A stretch of DNA of 64,000 nucleotides from Octopus sinensis (taxonomy: Eukaryota): contig NC_043001.1 in NCBI RefSeq assembly GCF_006345805.1, forward strand, positions 52,886,001-52,950,000, written 5' to 3'. Shown here piece after piece: positions 1-12,759 of this stretch. The notes under the pieces were generated by a model, which made no database searches, had not been told where the DNA came from, and saw nothing but the letters and a program-made list of their open reading frames with translations. Numbering within the stretch: the stretch's first letter is position 1; the number at the start of each line of letters is the position of its first letter. Both the position numbers and the translations under genes were made by a program.

Positions 1-921
1 CTCTATATGTGTGGATCCGTGTCTCCAAATGTGTCCTTGTGTGGAGTAAAGTGTGTGTGTATTATTATTTGTGTCAGTCTCCATTTGCGTATGTGTGCTT
101 GTCTGTACTTATAACCTATTTACCTATCCGTCTGTATGTTGATCTGTTTATTTTCATATCCATATGCTTACATACAAAAAAATATACATGTGCATACACA
201 CACTCACACCCACACACACACATACATACATCTATCTACATAAATCTACATAACAGTCCACTAACTATTATACTCTACCTGTGTAAACTTTGGGTATGAA
301 GGTGTTATATCTACTATGTATATTTCCTATGTATATAGGAAATATACGTAGGACACTGGCAATTAGCATGTCACCATTTTGTGCTTTTTTTTTCGATGGA
401 TTTCATCCCTGTCTCCAACGGAGATTCTGAATAAGCAAAAAAAAATACTTTTACACATTTTAATACACCCCTTCCTTAACTTTACAATTTCTTTCCTGAA
501 ATTTTACAACACGGTTTAAAGGTTATATTAAGGAATGCACAAACACACAAAATGGAGAAACTGAAACAAATATGGACGACTTGTTCCGACCCCACCCCAG
601 ATGTGAACAGCGCGCAAAAATAACCCCCAATTGTTTTACCCCAAAATCCTATATGCGTGGGGTCTACATAGTAAGAGGTATATTTGTAGACAATTTCATT
701 AAAAAATATCCATTTCCTGAAAGTTAAGACGAATTGAAATGGAAACCGGTGAATTTTCCGAAAATTCTCCCCACCTACTTCTAAAAGACTTTTTCCCTAA
801 AACGTTTATAGATTCGGTATCTACGTGATATAACACATATTCATAGAAAATGTCATTTAAAAAATATCCATTTTTTTCCTGAAAGTTATCATCATCCCAA
901 AACTGTGGGGGCGGCAGAACG

Positions 922-1561
922 CCTGTGGTGAGATCGTACCAACTGTCAATGATCTCATAATGCATGTACTCCCGAACATTGCACCAAAAAATTCACCAAC
1001 AGTCAATGGCTCTCTGATCGGGCCGTCTTAGCTCCACGTAATAATGCTTTCAACAAAATCAACTGGGACCTCTTTCAGCTGTTGCCTGGACAAGAATAGT
1101 CTTTCAAATCCCTCGACACTACCATTGATCAAGACCAGGCTGTATTTTTTCAAGCTGAGTTCCTGAAACTCTCTTCAGCCATCTGGGATGCTGCCTCACT
1201 TAAAAAGGGGGTCCCAATCATGCTGCTCAGGAATCTGGATCCACTTCGTCTGTGCAATGGCACCAGAGTGGTGGTGAAAGCGATGCGACCCCATGTCCTA
1301 GAAACAGCAATTTTGACTGGGAACTATAAGGGTGAGGATGTCTTCATTCCATGGATCTCGTTAATCCCATATGACTTCCCCTTTGAATTTAAACGGTTAC
1401 AGTTCCTTGTGAAACGAAGTTTCGCTATGTCAATAAACAAGTCTCATGGGCGATTATATGTAGGATGTTCGCGAGTTGGAAGCCTTCAATATCATTTCAT
1501 TTATACACCAATTAAAGGACACACTCAAAACATCGTATATTTAGAAGCTCCAGATAATTAA
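922..1561 (+). mobile_element. Helitron RepHel Pif1-like helicase C-terminal fragment (frameshifted)
   Basis: Manual translation gives WLSDRAVLAPRN (about 990-1025). ORF 1220-1561 gives MLLRNLDP..LCNGTR...F.FKRLQF...FAMSINKS. These are Pif1/Helitron helicase motifs IV-VI, with stops and frameshifts between blocks. Confidence 0.9.
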
Positions 1562-1948
1562 GCTGTGATTGATTTCTAAACATTTGTTTAACTCACATCA
1601 TCTGATAGAATTTTTCTCAAATGTACTTATGAACAGGAGGGGAGCGCCCGCAGGCCAGATCTTCTCAAACTTATGCATTTTCAGATTCAACCTGTTTCAA
1701 ATAAGTACTGACAATTGAAGGTGATTGCAAAGGCAAAGAACTACCTGGTCTTTTAAGAATTTTAAATGTGAGAACATCAGATAAAACATGTTATTGACAT
1801 TAATAGTTTGTACCTCAGCTAACTACTGCGAGAACTGCATAATCCATGTTTAATTTAAAAGGCATACGGAAATTTCATTAGTTTCAATAACCTGGGGAAA
1901 CACCGGGTTAATAACGTATAAAGTTTGAAGCTCAGCTACTAGAAGATA

Positions 1949-1993
<45 letters not shown>

Positions 1994-1997
1994 CGTG

Positions 1998-2066
<69 letters not shown>

Positions 2067-2787
2067 TATATACATATATACTTGTAAATAGTAACAGATT
2101 ACTCCGTATATATGAAGGTATATAAGAAATTAATACGAATAGTATTTTTATTCTTTTCCAACACTGAAGATATGAAAATGTAGAATAATACGTCCTTTGT
2201 GGATGCAATTGATAAGAAAAGCTCTCTCTAGTAAAAAAAAAATCGTTACACATGATGGAAACACTCGGTTACTAATATCCAAGGAGTCTACGTCTGTGCA
2301 ACTAAGAACCTTGATTTTCAACGTAATGGGTTCGGCTTCAGTTCCAATTCACGATACGTTGGATAGGTTTCTTCTATATTCCCTGGCCAACCCAAGCCAT
2401 GCGAGTGAGGTTTGTCGAAAGACTCTACAAATGTGTGTGTTTGAGCATGGATGTGTGAGTGAAGGAGTAATTCAGGTTGTGAGTGTGTGCGTGTGTGTGC
2501 ATCCATGTGTGCGTGCGTGCGTGTGAGTGTATTTAGTGTGCGTACGTACTTTGGCAAAAAGACAGCCAGAATATATTCGAAATATATAGAGAGTTTCCTT
2601 AAACATATTAGGCTAAATCTAAATGTGTGAATCTTATCTTTATATTTAACAAAAGAAAACGCTTTTTCAAGACATTTCTATAAAAATACCATAGAGATTT
2701 GTGTGAGAAAATATTATTCTTCAAACATTATTTGGCAAATCTAAACAATAAAACAACACTACAATAAAATAACAGTGCGTAAACATA

Positions 2788-2869
<82 letters not shown>

Positions 2870-2978
2870 AGATTAGACAATAGACACACATCCAGAGATA
2901 AGAATAGCATCAACTTGGGAACAAATATATATATATATGTTTATATATATATATATATGTGTGTGTGTATAAATATAC

Positions 2979-3029
<51 letters not shown>

Positions 3030-3207
3030 ATATATATATGTGTATATATTTGTTTATATATATATATATGTGTGTGTATAAATATACCTGTGTATATATA
3101 TATATATATAACGGGAAGCTTTATGAAAATAAACAAAAGACGAAGGCAGGTGGAAAACAAACGAACAACTGTATTAGTATGGCGCTCAGGAATATAAATA
3201 AAACAAG

Positions 3208-3245
3208 TCTTTAACGTTTCGAGCCTACGCTCTTCAACAGAAAGA
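3208..3245 (-). ncRNA. Candidate minimal type I hammerhead ribozyme variant
   Basis: Minus strand reads TCTTT CTGTTGA A GAGC-GTAG-GCTC GAAAC GTT AAAGA. Stem I has 5 bp and stem II 4 bp, with a palindromic AACGTT in place of stem III. The core is non-canonical (A6U plus an extra A). Confidence 0.55.
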
Positions 3246-3414
3246 TACACAGAGAGAGAAAAACACAGAAAGAAGGAGAGAAAAAAAATGCGTGCAGTAG
3301 CTAACGAATCAACATGGCGATCTGATTTCGGCCAGAGGTCAAAGATCAAACATGAGACGCGAGAGCGAAATAAGGGGAGATAATAGGGTTGATAAAAGGG
3401 TTGAGGGACCAGCT

Positions 3415-3760
3415 AAAAGTGCGTAGGAGGGGTCTGGATGTGTGTATGTATAGGGTTGGTGTATGTATTAGTATGTATAAGGGTGTGTGTGTGTGTGTGT
3501 ATGAGAGAGTATTAGTGCGTAAGATTGGTCTGGACATGCGTATGTATGGGGTTGGTGTATGTATTAGTATGTATTAGTATGTATTAGTACGTATTGGTAT
3601 GTATAGGTATGTGTGTGTGTGTGTGAGAGAGTATAAATGCGTATGCGGGGTCTGGACATGTGTATGTATAGGGTTGGTGTAAGTGTTAGTATGTACTAGT
3701 ATATATTAGTACGTATTAGTATGTATTAGTTGGTGTGTGTATTAGTATGGCACATCATAT
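3415..3760. repeat. Three degenerate ~100-120 bp tandem units with internal GTATTAGTAT repeats
   Basis: GGTCTGGA(C)ATG.GTATGTATAGGGTTGGTGTA recurs at about 3431, 3527 and 3649. Confidence 0.8.
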
Positions 3761-4337
3761 GTGATGTGATGTGTAAAGTCATGTGGTGTAGGGAGGAGAA
3801 GAGGGGGAGGGGGAGAAGAGGGGGAGGAGAAGGTGGAAGAGGAGAGGATGGGGGAGAAGGAAGGGGAGGAGGGGGATGAAGAAGGAAAGAGGGAGAGGGG
3901 GAGAGAGGGAGTGAGGGAGTGAGGGAGTGAGGGAGTGAGGGAGTGAGGGAGTGAGGGAGCAGAGGGAAGGGGAAGAGGGAGGGAGAAAGAGGGAAGAAGG
4001 GAAGGGGAGTAGGGGTGAAAGGATGAAGGACTGAAGAAGTAGGGGTCGGGGGGAGAAAGGATAGGTGAGGAGGGGGAGAGGGGGGTTAGATGAGGAGGGG
4101 GGAGAGTTGAGACCAAATGGCGTATAAGAGCGAAGAGAGAAGATTAATTCCTGTTCACGGCGCAAACGGGAATCCGGATGGCCTCTGTGTAAGGACAAAC
4201 CGAACACAGATAGGTGTTGCAAGGAGTGACCGGTGGAGCGGAAATGGCGTGAGACCGGTGTGTCGTTCGCAAGGTGGATGTCACGAAGGTGTTCCGCGAA
4301 CCGGTCAGCCAAGCGGCGTCCCGTTTGTCCGATGTAC

Positions 4338-4390
<53 letters not shown>

Positions 4391-5114
4391 TACGTATATA
4401 CAGAGGAAGCGTAGAGGAGTCGTTAACAAAAAATAATTGAAATATTCCTTATTTCTAAACCGCACTGAAAACCACAAATGGACAACCTCTCTCTCACGCA
4501 CGCAAGGGAATATAATCGAAATAACGCAGACATATACATATTTGATGATCTACGATATCCCATATACAGACACACACACAAGCCCGCTCTAAAATTCACA
4601 CCACACACACACATATATATAGACACGCAAATATACAAACACACACGCATGCACACGTGCACACATATGCATACACTAGTATCGAGAATGAATACTTGTA
4701 ATGGTGGATACATATGTTTGTTATTTGTGGGTTAACAAGGTAGCCGATGGTTACTTATAATGAAAGGCAACACAATTACTCAAGAGTGTCACATGAAAAT
4801 GGTACTCATCTCCATTTTGGATGAGAATATATTTTGGATGTGTCGCAGGAGACCGAACGGGATTTTGAAGAAAATACACAAACTACGGAAGATAACTTAT
4901 AACTTATAAGTGTATCATTATTGTTGTCTGCCTTGCATTAGCCCTAGCTGTTCGCAAGTATTTGCGTTCCTCATAGTGAACTTCATTATCTTATGCAGCA
5001 AAGTACGTGCACACCTATAGCCCTCTATATATATATACATATATATACCCACATACATAGACATATAAACATATATAAATGCACAGGCACTCAAATACAC
5101 AAACATACACATAC

Positions 5115-5170
<56 letters not shown>

Positions 5171-5234
5171 GTACGCCCACACACACATAGATATATATAT
5201 ATACAAACAAACACTAACAGATGTATATATATAT

Positions 5235-5266
<32 letters not shown>

Positions 5267-5564
5267 CGCATACACATATATATATATATACACATGAACA
5301 CGCACAAACACATACACAAACACACACACGCGTATTTATATGTATGCACATACACATATACCCGCCACATGAGTCTTGTTCATGTTTGAGTATGTACATA
5401 TATATAGCTATGGGATTTCGTGCCAAACGTGGTTCAAGGAGTTGTAACTTATACGCGTGCTTTCCCTGTGAATCATCTGACTTCATGAATATGTGCTAAG
5501 CATACAAAGCTGTGCAGTTAAGAAATCCTGCATGCTTCTATAGGAATATGTATTTTATATATAA

Positions 5565-7089
5565 CTAGCATTATGACCCATCGTTGCCGGGTCATAGTGC
5601 TAGCGCATGTATATATGTGTATATATATATGTGTACATATTACATGTACATCTATATATATATATATATACATCTACACATAAAATATAAAATACAAAGT
5701 TATATCTTGATATCGCTCGTGATAACAATACTCAAAATATATATCAGACTGCAATTATAGGCCCGTCTCTTGCAATTTCGATCAATTGTATCTTGTCCTT
5801 CCTCTTGTGTAGCTACAATCCAGCCAACCTCTACTTCTGGGGCGACATTTTAAATTTTTTCCGGGACGTGCTACGTCCCAGATATAAAAGAAAAAATAAA
5901 ATATTTCCACTTTGCAAGGCTCGAGTAGAGTACTGCCTTGCTTCTATTCTGGCGAATTTACCGCCTCTGGTTAGATATCTTTCATAGTCGCACCAAGACT
6001 GCCCCAAACAGGCAGTGCTTTCCTCCAGGTGTTCAAGTCTTTTTTTTCTCTACATTGTATACTTTATAGACAATAGTCTTTTCTCTAATTTAATTTCTTT
6101 ATTTCGCTTGGTGGTGTTATCCTAGATTCACCGTCTTTGTCAGTGATCAATCCGAAATAGGTTTGTGTTTCTTCCATTTTAACTTTAATGAGTTCGCGCC
6201 CGCCGACGGCTGCAGCGAAATTCATTTTTGGACTTTCTTCTATCGAAGGCATTCTAACACAAATGCTTACGTATAAACGGTGCAAATGTTGTCAATTTCC
6301 CCAAACAGGGACACAATTCAATTTTTAAACAATAACCAAAGCTCCTCCCAAAGGGGAGGGCTACATTTTACAATTATTTAAAAAATGCAACACAACAACG
6401 TTTCCCTTACGAGGAACCAACAAACGTGATAACAATAGATAAACAGTAATAATAATAACAACAAACCTTACGGTGAATCAAAAGCAGTACGCAGTTGAAG
6501 CTCTAGTCCTTTATGTATTAAAAATAAACCAACAGCAGTACTCAGTAGAAGCGGCTGTTCGAGAAAACAGATATTACGTACAGCAAAACTTCATATAGAT
6601 ACTTAATGCTAGCTAATTAGCAGATGATAAAATGTAAAAGCCGTGGTAAACGGTATGTGCACAGCTCCATCTGGATTATTCCATTTATGCACACTAATTT
6701 TATTTTTAATTTATTCCCATTCATGTGAAACCACTTATTCAAGTTCAAGTCATTGATGCAGTTTTATACCAATTTTTACTTTTGTTATGTTACGATAATA
6801 TTATACTTTAGTTTGATTTTAATTATTACTTACTACATATAATTCAATTGTTATTATTATCTCTAATTTTTATTGTTAAAGTGAAAGTATCTTATATAAA
6901 ATAGAGAAATGTTTTTGTTTCACCTTTAACACGTAATACGGAAATAGTGGAGAAGATATTATATTGTTATGGGCTCGGCCTAGGCAAGACGTTGAACATT
7001 CTGTTTGCCCATGAAACTACATGGACCCTAAGTAAGGCATGTGTAAAATTTGAATGAAATTGGTTGGGTAGTTCTCAGGTTTTAGGGAA
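5565..7089 (-). mobile_element. Non-autonomous Helitron, long variant lacking its extreme 5' end
   Basis: Reverse-complement homology to 57453-58463 at 5565-6100 and 6665-7089. A 3' hairpin and CTAG end at 5565. Confidence 0.85.
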
Positions 7090-7144
7090 TCATAGTGGAG
7101 AATATATGATATTGCTGTGGGCTCGCTCTAGGCAAAAAAGTTAA

Positions 7145-9161
7145 AAGTCTTCCATGAATAACAAGTGGTTGACTTTTTGTTGGCGGCTCTTGAATACATA
7201 CCCAGCTTTTGCATTCCTCAGAATCAGTGTTAGTGGTTTCATGCACAATACAAAGATCAGTGGGGACAGGTAGTCCCATTGCAAGATACCTCTCCCGATT
7301 TCTATTGTCACTAAACTTCTCCATATGCAATCAGTTCCGTTCTCCACTTCGCCATACTTTTATCAATCATTCGCTCAATATTCGATGCAATACCAAATGG
7401 GTTTATATACTCCATAATCCAAGGATGTGGGATCATATCGTACACCTTACGATAATCGATCCATGTCATAGCTAAGTTACTTTTCCTCCTCTTGCACTCT
7501 CTAAGTACAGTTTTGTCTACCAGGAATTGATCCTTGGTACCTCTGATTTTACGCTTGCAACCCTTCTACTCATGTTGCAGGACTCCATTTTTTCAAGATG
7601 TCTGTATATTGACTCTGTGACTATTCCAGTCAATAATTTCCACATAAACGGCAAGCAGGACATCGGCCTGAAGTTGTCTACCGTATTACTTTTTCGATGT
7701 TTTTGTTTTTTAAGCACAGCTCTCTCCTACCTACTTTCAACCAGTCTGGTGTTTCTTGGTCGGCATTTAACAAGTTGTTGAATCGTGCAATTATTCCTGC
7801 ATGACATTCTTCAAATCTTTTCATCCCGCAGCCTGGTCTCGGGTCCTCCAGTTGCCTATTTTTTGCTGATTTTCTTCACCTCCCTAACTGAAATGACTAG
7901 TTCTGCCTGGTTGGGACAGACTACTGTTTGTTTCAGTTCTTGCAACCATTCAGCATCCTTCTTGTGCTCCTTGTCTTTGCTTCAGATGCTACTACAAAAC
8001 TTTGATTTTCATTGTTATCTGGTATCAACTTTTCATCTGCACACTCTCCATTTATTTCTTTATAGAATCTCTTCTGATCTACTCTGAATAACTTATTCTG
8101 CTGGTAGACCTATTTTCTTTAGTCGTATCTTACCATCTTTGCTTTATTTGCAATGAGACGCTGTCTCAGTTCCTCCATTACCACTTCCAGGTTCTTTATT
8201 TCAATATCATACTTCCTGTTCATTGCCCTGTATTTTTGTTCGCTGTTAATTTCCACCTTCTCTTTCAGTCTAATATAGAAATGTTCTTCTAGAGCACTAG
8301 CAGCATAGCCCGGCGTTACCCGGTTATGTAAGAAACATTGACGATAAGCAATGCCCTTTACTTTTATCCCTTTTTTGTATTCATTGAACCGTTTTGTAAA
8401 ATGAAGCCTAAAAGGTATTAAGGCATTCAAGGTACCGTTTCCTTGCATGCATGGATAAAATCTATGACAGTCAAAGTGCATTTTCTGGTTTTGTTTAGCA
8501 CACTCAACCCAGTTCTTAAAATATCGCAGAAAAGTCGGTTTGCTATGTGTGCCACATATGATATAATTAACCGATTTTTTCCAGTAATAACGTATCCTAT
8601 TGGAATCAAAAGGGCCATATAGCTCTTTGGAGCAGACATGATGCTCGCTGTGAATTTCAAAAAAACATTCCTGCCAATTTGTTAAAGATATTGTCGAAAA
8701 TATGTCATCTTGAATTTGAACGCGATTTCCCAAAATGCATGATTTTATCGATTTTTTCTGATGGTAAGGTATTGCACGGAATACTAACGTCAGAATTAAG
8801 TTCCTTATGGTAACATTAAGCCTCACAATAAGATTGGTGAAAATCGATTGCAAGTTGCGAAAACTACAACTGAAAATGTGTTGCATATGATAAGCTTAGA
8901 TTCTCGACCCCATCATGAATTTATCAATTTTTTTCAGAACTGGAGGAACTTTTCAAAATTTTCGCTGCGTTAGTTTTGAATTATGACATTAGGCTATGTG
9001 CGTGTCAAGTTTCATCAGAATTGGTTGAAAGCTGTGGTCAGAGTGAGGGTACAACCTGACGGACACACAGACAGACACACAGACAGATAAACTGCCTTTT
9101 ATATAGAGAGAGATATCTAACCCCGCCTGTATTCTTCTTTTCCACCATGGGTCTTTTCTGT
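7145..9161 (-). mobile_element. R4/Dong-clade LINE fragment (ORF N-terminus to RT), interrupted by a Helitron
   Basis: KDPWWKRRIQ (9120-9160), RKYDIEIKNLEVVMEELRQRL...RY, DNFRPMSCLP..WKLLTGI, GILQ.D.LSPL.F...M.PL and NHLLFMED. A (TTA)n tract lies at 9181-9250. Confidence 0.85.
8297..9113 (-). mobile_element. Complete 817-bp non-autonomous Helitron
   Basis: Minus strand starts A|TCTCTCTCTATATAAAAGG and ends in the hairpin CCGGGTAACGCCGGG followed by CTATGCTGCTAG|T. It is inserted at AT with no target-site duplication (TSD) and splits the Dong ORF. Confidence 0.9.
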
Positions 9162-9183
9162 CTGGTACTGCATCAGGGCATTA

Positions 9184-9242
<59 letters not shown>

Positions 9243-9749
9243 TATTATATCATCAATTATTAGTATCCTTATTATTAAATCACATATCAACTTTTAGATT
9301 GTTACAGTAAAAATCACCACTTAGATTCAATTTCCTTTCGCTCTATCACTACTTTCAAATATTGTGATTTTATCGATCTGTGAAGATCAAAAGATATATT
9401 GCCTACCTTACCTTTATATTTCTATTGAAAATCTACAAACAAAACAAGAGACTTCGCACTTATTTCATAACTACATGATTCATGACATTTACTCACATAT
9501 ATTTTCGCTTCTCCTTTCTCTCTTTCTTTCCATCTCTTATACATACTTTCTCTCTAAACTGAAGCTGGATATGCCAACCACTTAAAACAGTTTTCCTTTA
9601 CTTCCAACCTTCAAACGGAAAATGTTGAAATTTAAATAAGTTTTAAGGAATTTCGCAATTGTTTATATTTACATCTTTACGTGCCTTGCTTTTGTTGTTG
9701 TTCTTGTTGTTCTTGTTCTACTACTACTACTACTATACTACTACTACTA

Positions 9750-9787
<38 letters not shown>

Positions 9788-10877
9788 GCATGTTCTCTGC
9801 GAATATTTCTACAATCCAATTACACGAAATGTAAACACTACAACTGAAAAACGTACCATCTTGTATCCTTTGCTTTGAATGTTGTTTACTAGGTCCATTA
9901 ACAAGTATATTAAACTCCTTTAATTTTTTTCAACACGCTTGCATAATACCCAGCAGAAATATTTTAACTTATCCGTTGAAAGCTTGGCAATCCCAACAGA
10001 GAACATTTTTTTTCTTTTTGTGAACACTGCAAATATAAGAGAATGTGAGACACGCTTCTTCGTTAAATAAAAATAATCCGCCAGTAACAAACCCTGCGTT
10101 GTGTTCAGAACACACAGCAGTACACCATATAAACATATTTTCCTAAATTTTTTAAGAAAGTTACGGAACATCTTTCAAATTCAAAAATAATATGAAGTGT
10201 GATTTTCAAAATATTTCAGACAGAAATTGTTTAAAAGTAATTTGAAATAAACTTTAGGCTTGTAAATGAAAAGGGTTGCACAAAGTGAATATATAGTGTC
10301 ATAGCCGAATTTTCGATACACTAACTGATTGATATCGTAACACATTGTACTATGTATCCGAGCTTCTTATCGACATTAATCGTGAACCATTATATGTATT
10401 TTGCAATACTTATAGTAAATCATCACTTCTATAGTTCACTATGTATATTCTTTCATTAAAAAGAAACAGTTGCTCATTTAAATTTTCTCTTTCGCGAGAC
10501 GAACAACCTGTTATTGATGATAGTCAACATAAGTTACTACTTACTCTGGACATAAAAGTATTTCCACCTCATAACAATGCAGTCGTATTTTATGTACTGA
10601 CTTTTCCCATTCGCTTTTTCCTCAGCAAAGTGTAAATTCAACACATTTGTCTTATATGTATCCCGCTATCTAAAAGTATGGACAGGGTATCATAATCTTA
10701 CCTTATAGGCCGATCACAATCTTATCTTTGTACAGCCTGAATAACCTGATACGGATGAGCAAGTCCACATTTGCTCATAAGAGAAATCAAGTTAAAACAA
10801 GCCATAGAGTTTTAATGCATAGAAGAGTCCATATCATCTGTATCACCGCTTCAAACAGATACGGCAGGATGCGCTTA

Positions 10878-11265
<388 letters not shown>

Positions 11266-11338
11266 CACTGGCATATGGCGTAGTAATTAAGAGCGCGGGC
11301 TACTAAACAGGATTCCGAGTTCGATTCCAGGCAGTGAT

Positions 11339-11403
<65 letters not shown>

Positions 11404-11408
<5 letters not shown>

Positions 11409-12686
11409 CGCAAGCTGCTGAGTTGTAATAGGATGCAACACTCAAAGGCAGACGTAGATCGCCTTTACCTTCCCAGAGTCCAAGGAGTTCGAGGCCTGAT
11501 CTAATTTGAACTAGCTTACAAAAAAACCACAATTGGCCTGGCCAAGTATCTTGAAATAACGAATGACTGGATGCTAAAGCTCGTGGAAATTCATGAGAGA
11601 CGAAAGAAGCTTCATTCTATCATAAAGGAAAGCAAAAAATTTGCTTTTGATCTCATGCAGGATACCCAAACTGAACAACCCGAGGGAAGTACGGCAACTA
11701 TTGTTGCAAAGAAGGTGAACATAATGACAACGAAAAAAGCGCACGAGCAATTGGCTGATAGGTGGGAGGAGAAACCTCTGCACGGCAAATATGTGGCCCG
11801 CAGCAAACAAGCTGGTGTTGACCAGAAGCAAACCCATCAGTGGCTACGGAGCTCAGGGCTAAAAGCAGAGAGCGAAGGTTTCATCCTGGCTGCTCAAGAT
11901 GAAAGCCTATTAACCCGGAACTACCAGGCCAATGTGATGAAAAATGGAGTAGACCCAAAATGCCAATTCTGCAACGACATGATTCAAACAGTGGACCAGC
12001 TAATCTCTGGATGTAAAGTCTTAGCACCAGTGGAGTGTAAATTAAGACATGACAGAGTTGGCCAATATCTACACTGGCTAATAAGTCGGCATTACAATAT
12101 CAAAACTGCCGACAAGTGGTATAATCACCACCCTGAAGCTGTAACTGAAGGAGAAAATGTAACGATTCTGTAGGTCTTTCCAGTACATACAGACCGAACT
12201 ATCAAAGCCAATAAACCAGATGTTGTTAAAGACGAAAACAATAAAGTTTGCTTATTGATCGACATGAGCATCGCCTGTGATCCTAATATCTCGGCGAAAG
12301 AGTTTGACATGCTCCGAAAATATAAAGACCTGCTCATTGAAATTGAGAAAATGTGGCATCACAAGGCGGTTACAATACCAGTGATCGTAGGAGCACTAAG
12401 AATGATCAAGAAGGGAACCGAAAATTATATGAGAATAATCCCTAGCTTACCATCCCTGCAAGAAGTGCAAAAGATTGTCTTAACTGGTACATTACACGTA
12501 TTGAGAAGAGCATTGTCGATGTGAGAACTATTACTACCCATGTATTTTAATTTAACTTAAAAAAAAAATGAACGAACTATTAAGTTTAGTTTAATGGCCT
12601 ACCAATGTATACTATGAGTTTCTTTGTCCTAGGAGTCGAGAAAACACTCGGCAAGAAATGGAAGCAAATTTGAAAGAAGAAAAATC

Positions 12687-12687
<1 letters not shown>
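11404..12687 (+). mobile_element. 5'-truncated R4/Dong LINE, family A (RT end, CCHC motif, restriction-like endonuclease)
   Basis: KADVDRLYLPR, C.FC...QTVDQLISGC...RHDRV..YLHW, ANKPD, LLIDM and KYKDL..EIEKMW...PVIVGAL. It is bounded by (AAT)n on both sides. Confidence 0.9.

Positions 12688-12758
<71 letters not shown>

Positions 12759-12759
<1 letters not shown>

Larger units (their letters stand above)
3120..4340 (-). mobile_element. 5'-truncated Penelope-like element: GIY-YIG endonuclease end, polypyrimidine tract, minisatellite and HHR-bearing 3' terminus
   Basis: The minus-strand ORF 3779-4501 contains YIGQTGRRLADRFAEH...PVSRHF...GH...R.RREQELIFSLRS..PFGLN, typical of PLE GIY-YIG. An HHR-like motif lies downstream at 3208-3245. 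Confidence 0.85.

Noticed and set aside
699-965. 88-aa minus-strand ORF
   Set aside because: It is antisense to the Helitron helicase relic and overlaps a ~30-bp local direct repeat (696-727 and 852-890), with no recognisable domain.
1889-1942. Possible Helitron 3' end for the 922-1561 helicase
   Set aside because: The hairpin lies ~30 bp from CTAG and the next base is A rather than T, so the boundary is not supported.
8119-8886. 255-aa minus-strand ORF
   Set aside because: It is chimeric: the first ~195 codons are non-coding Helitron sequence, running by chance into the Dong ORF at 8296.
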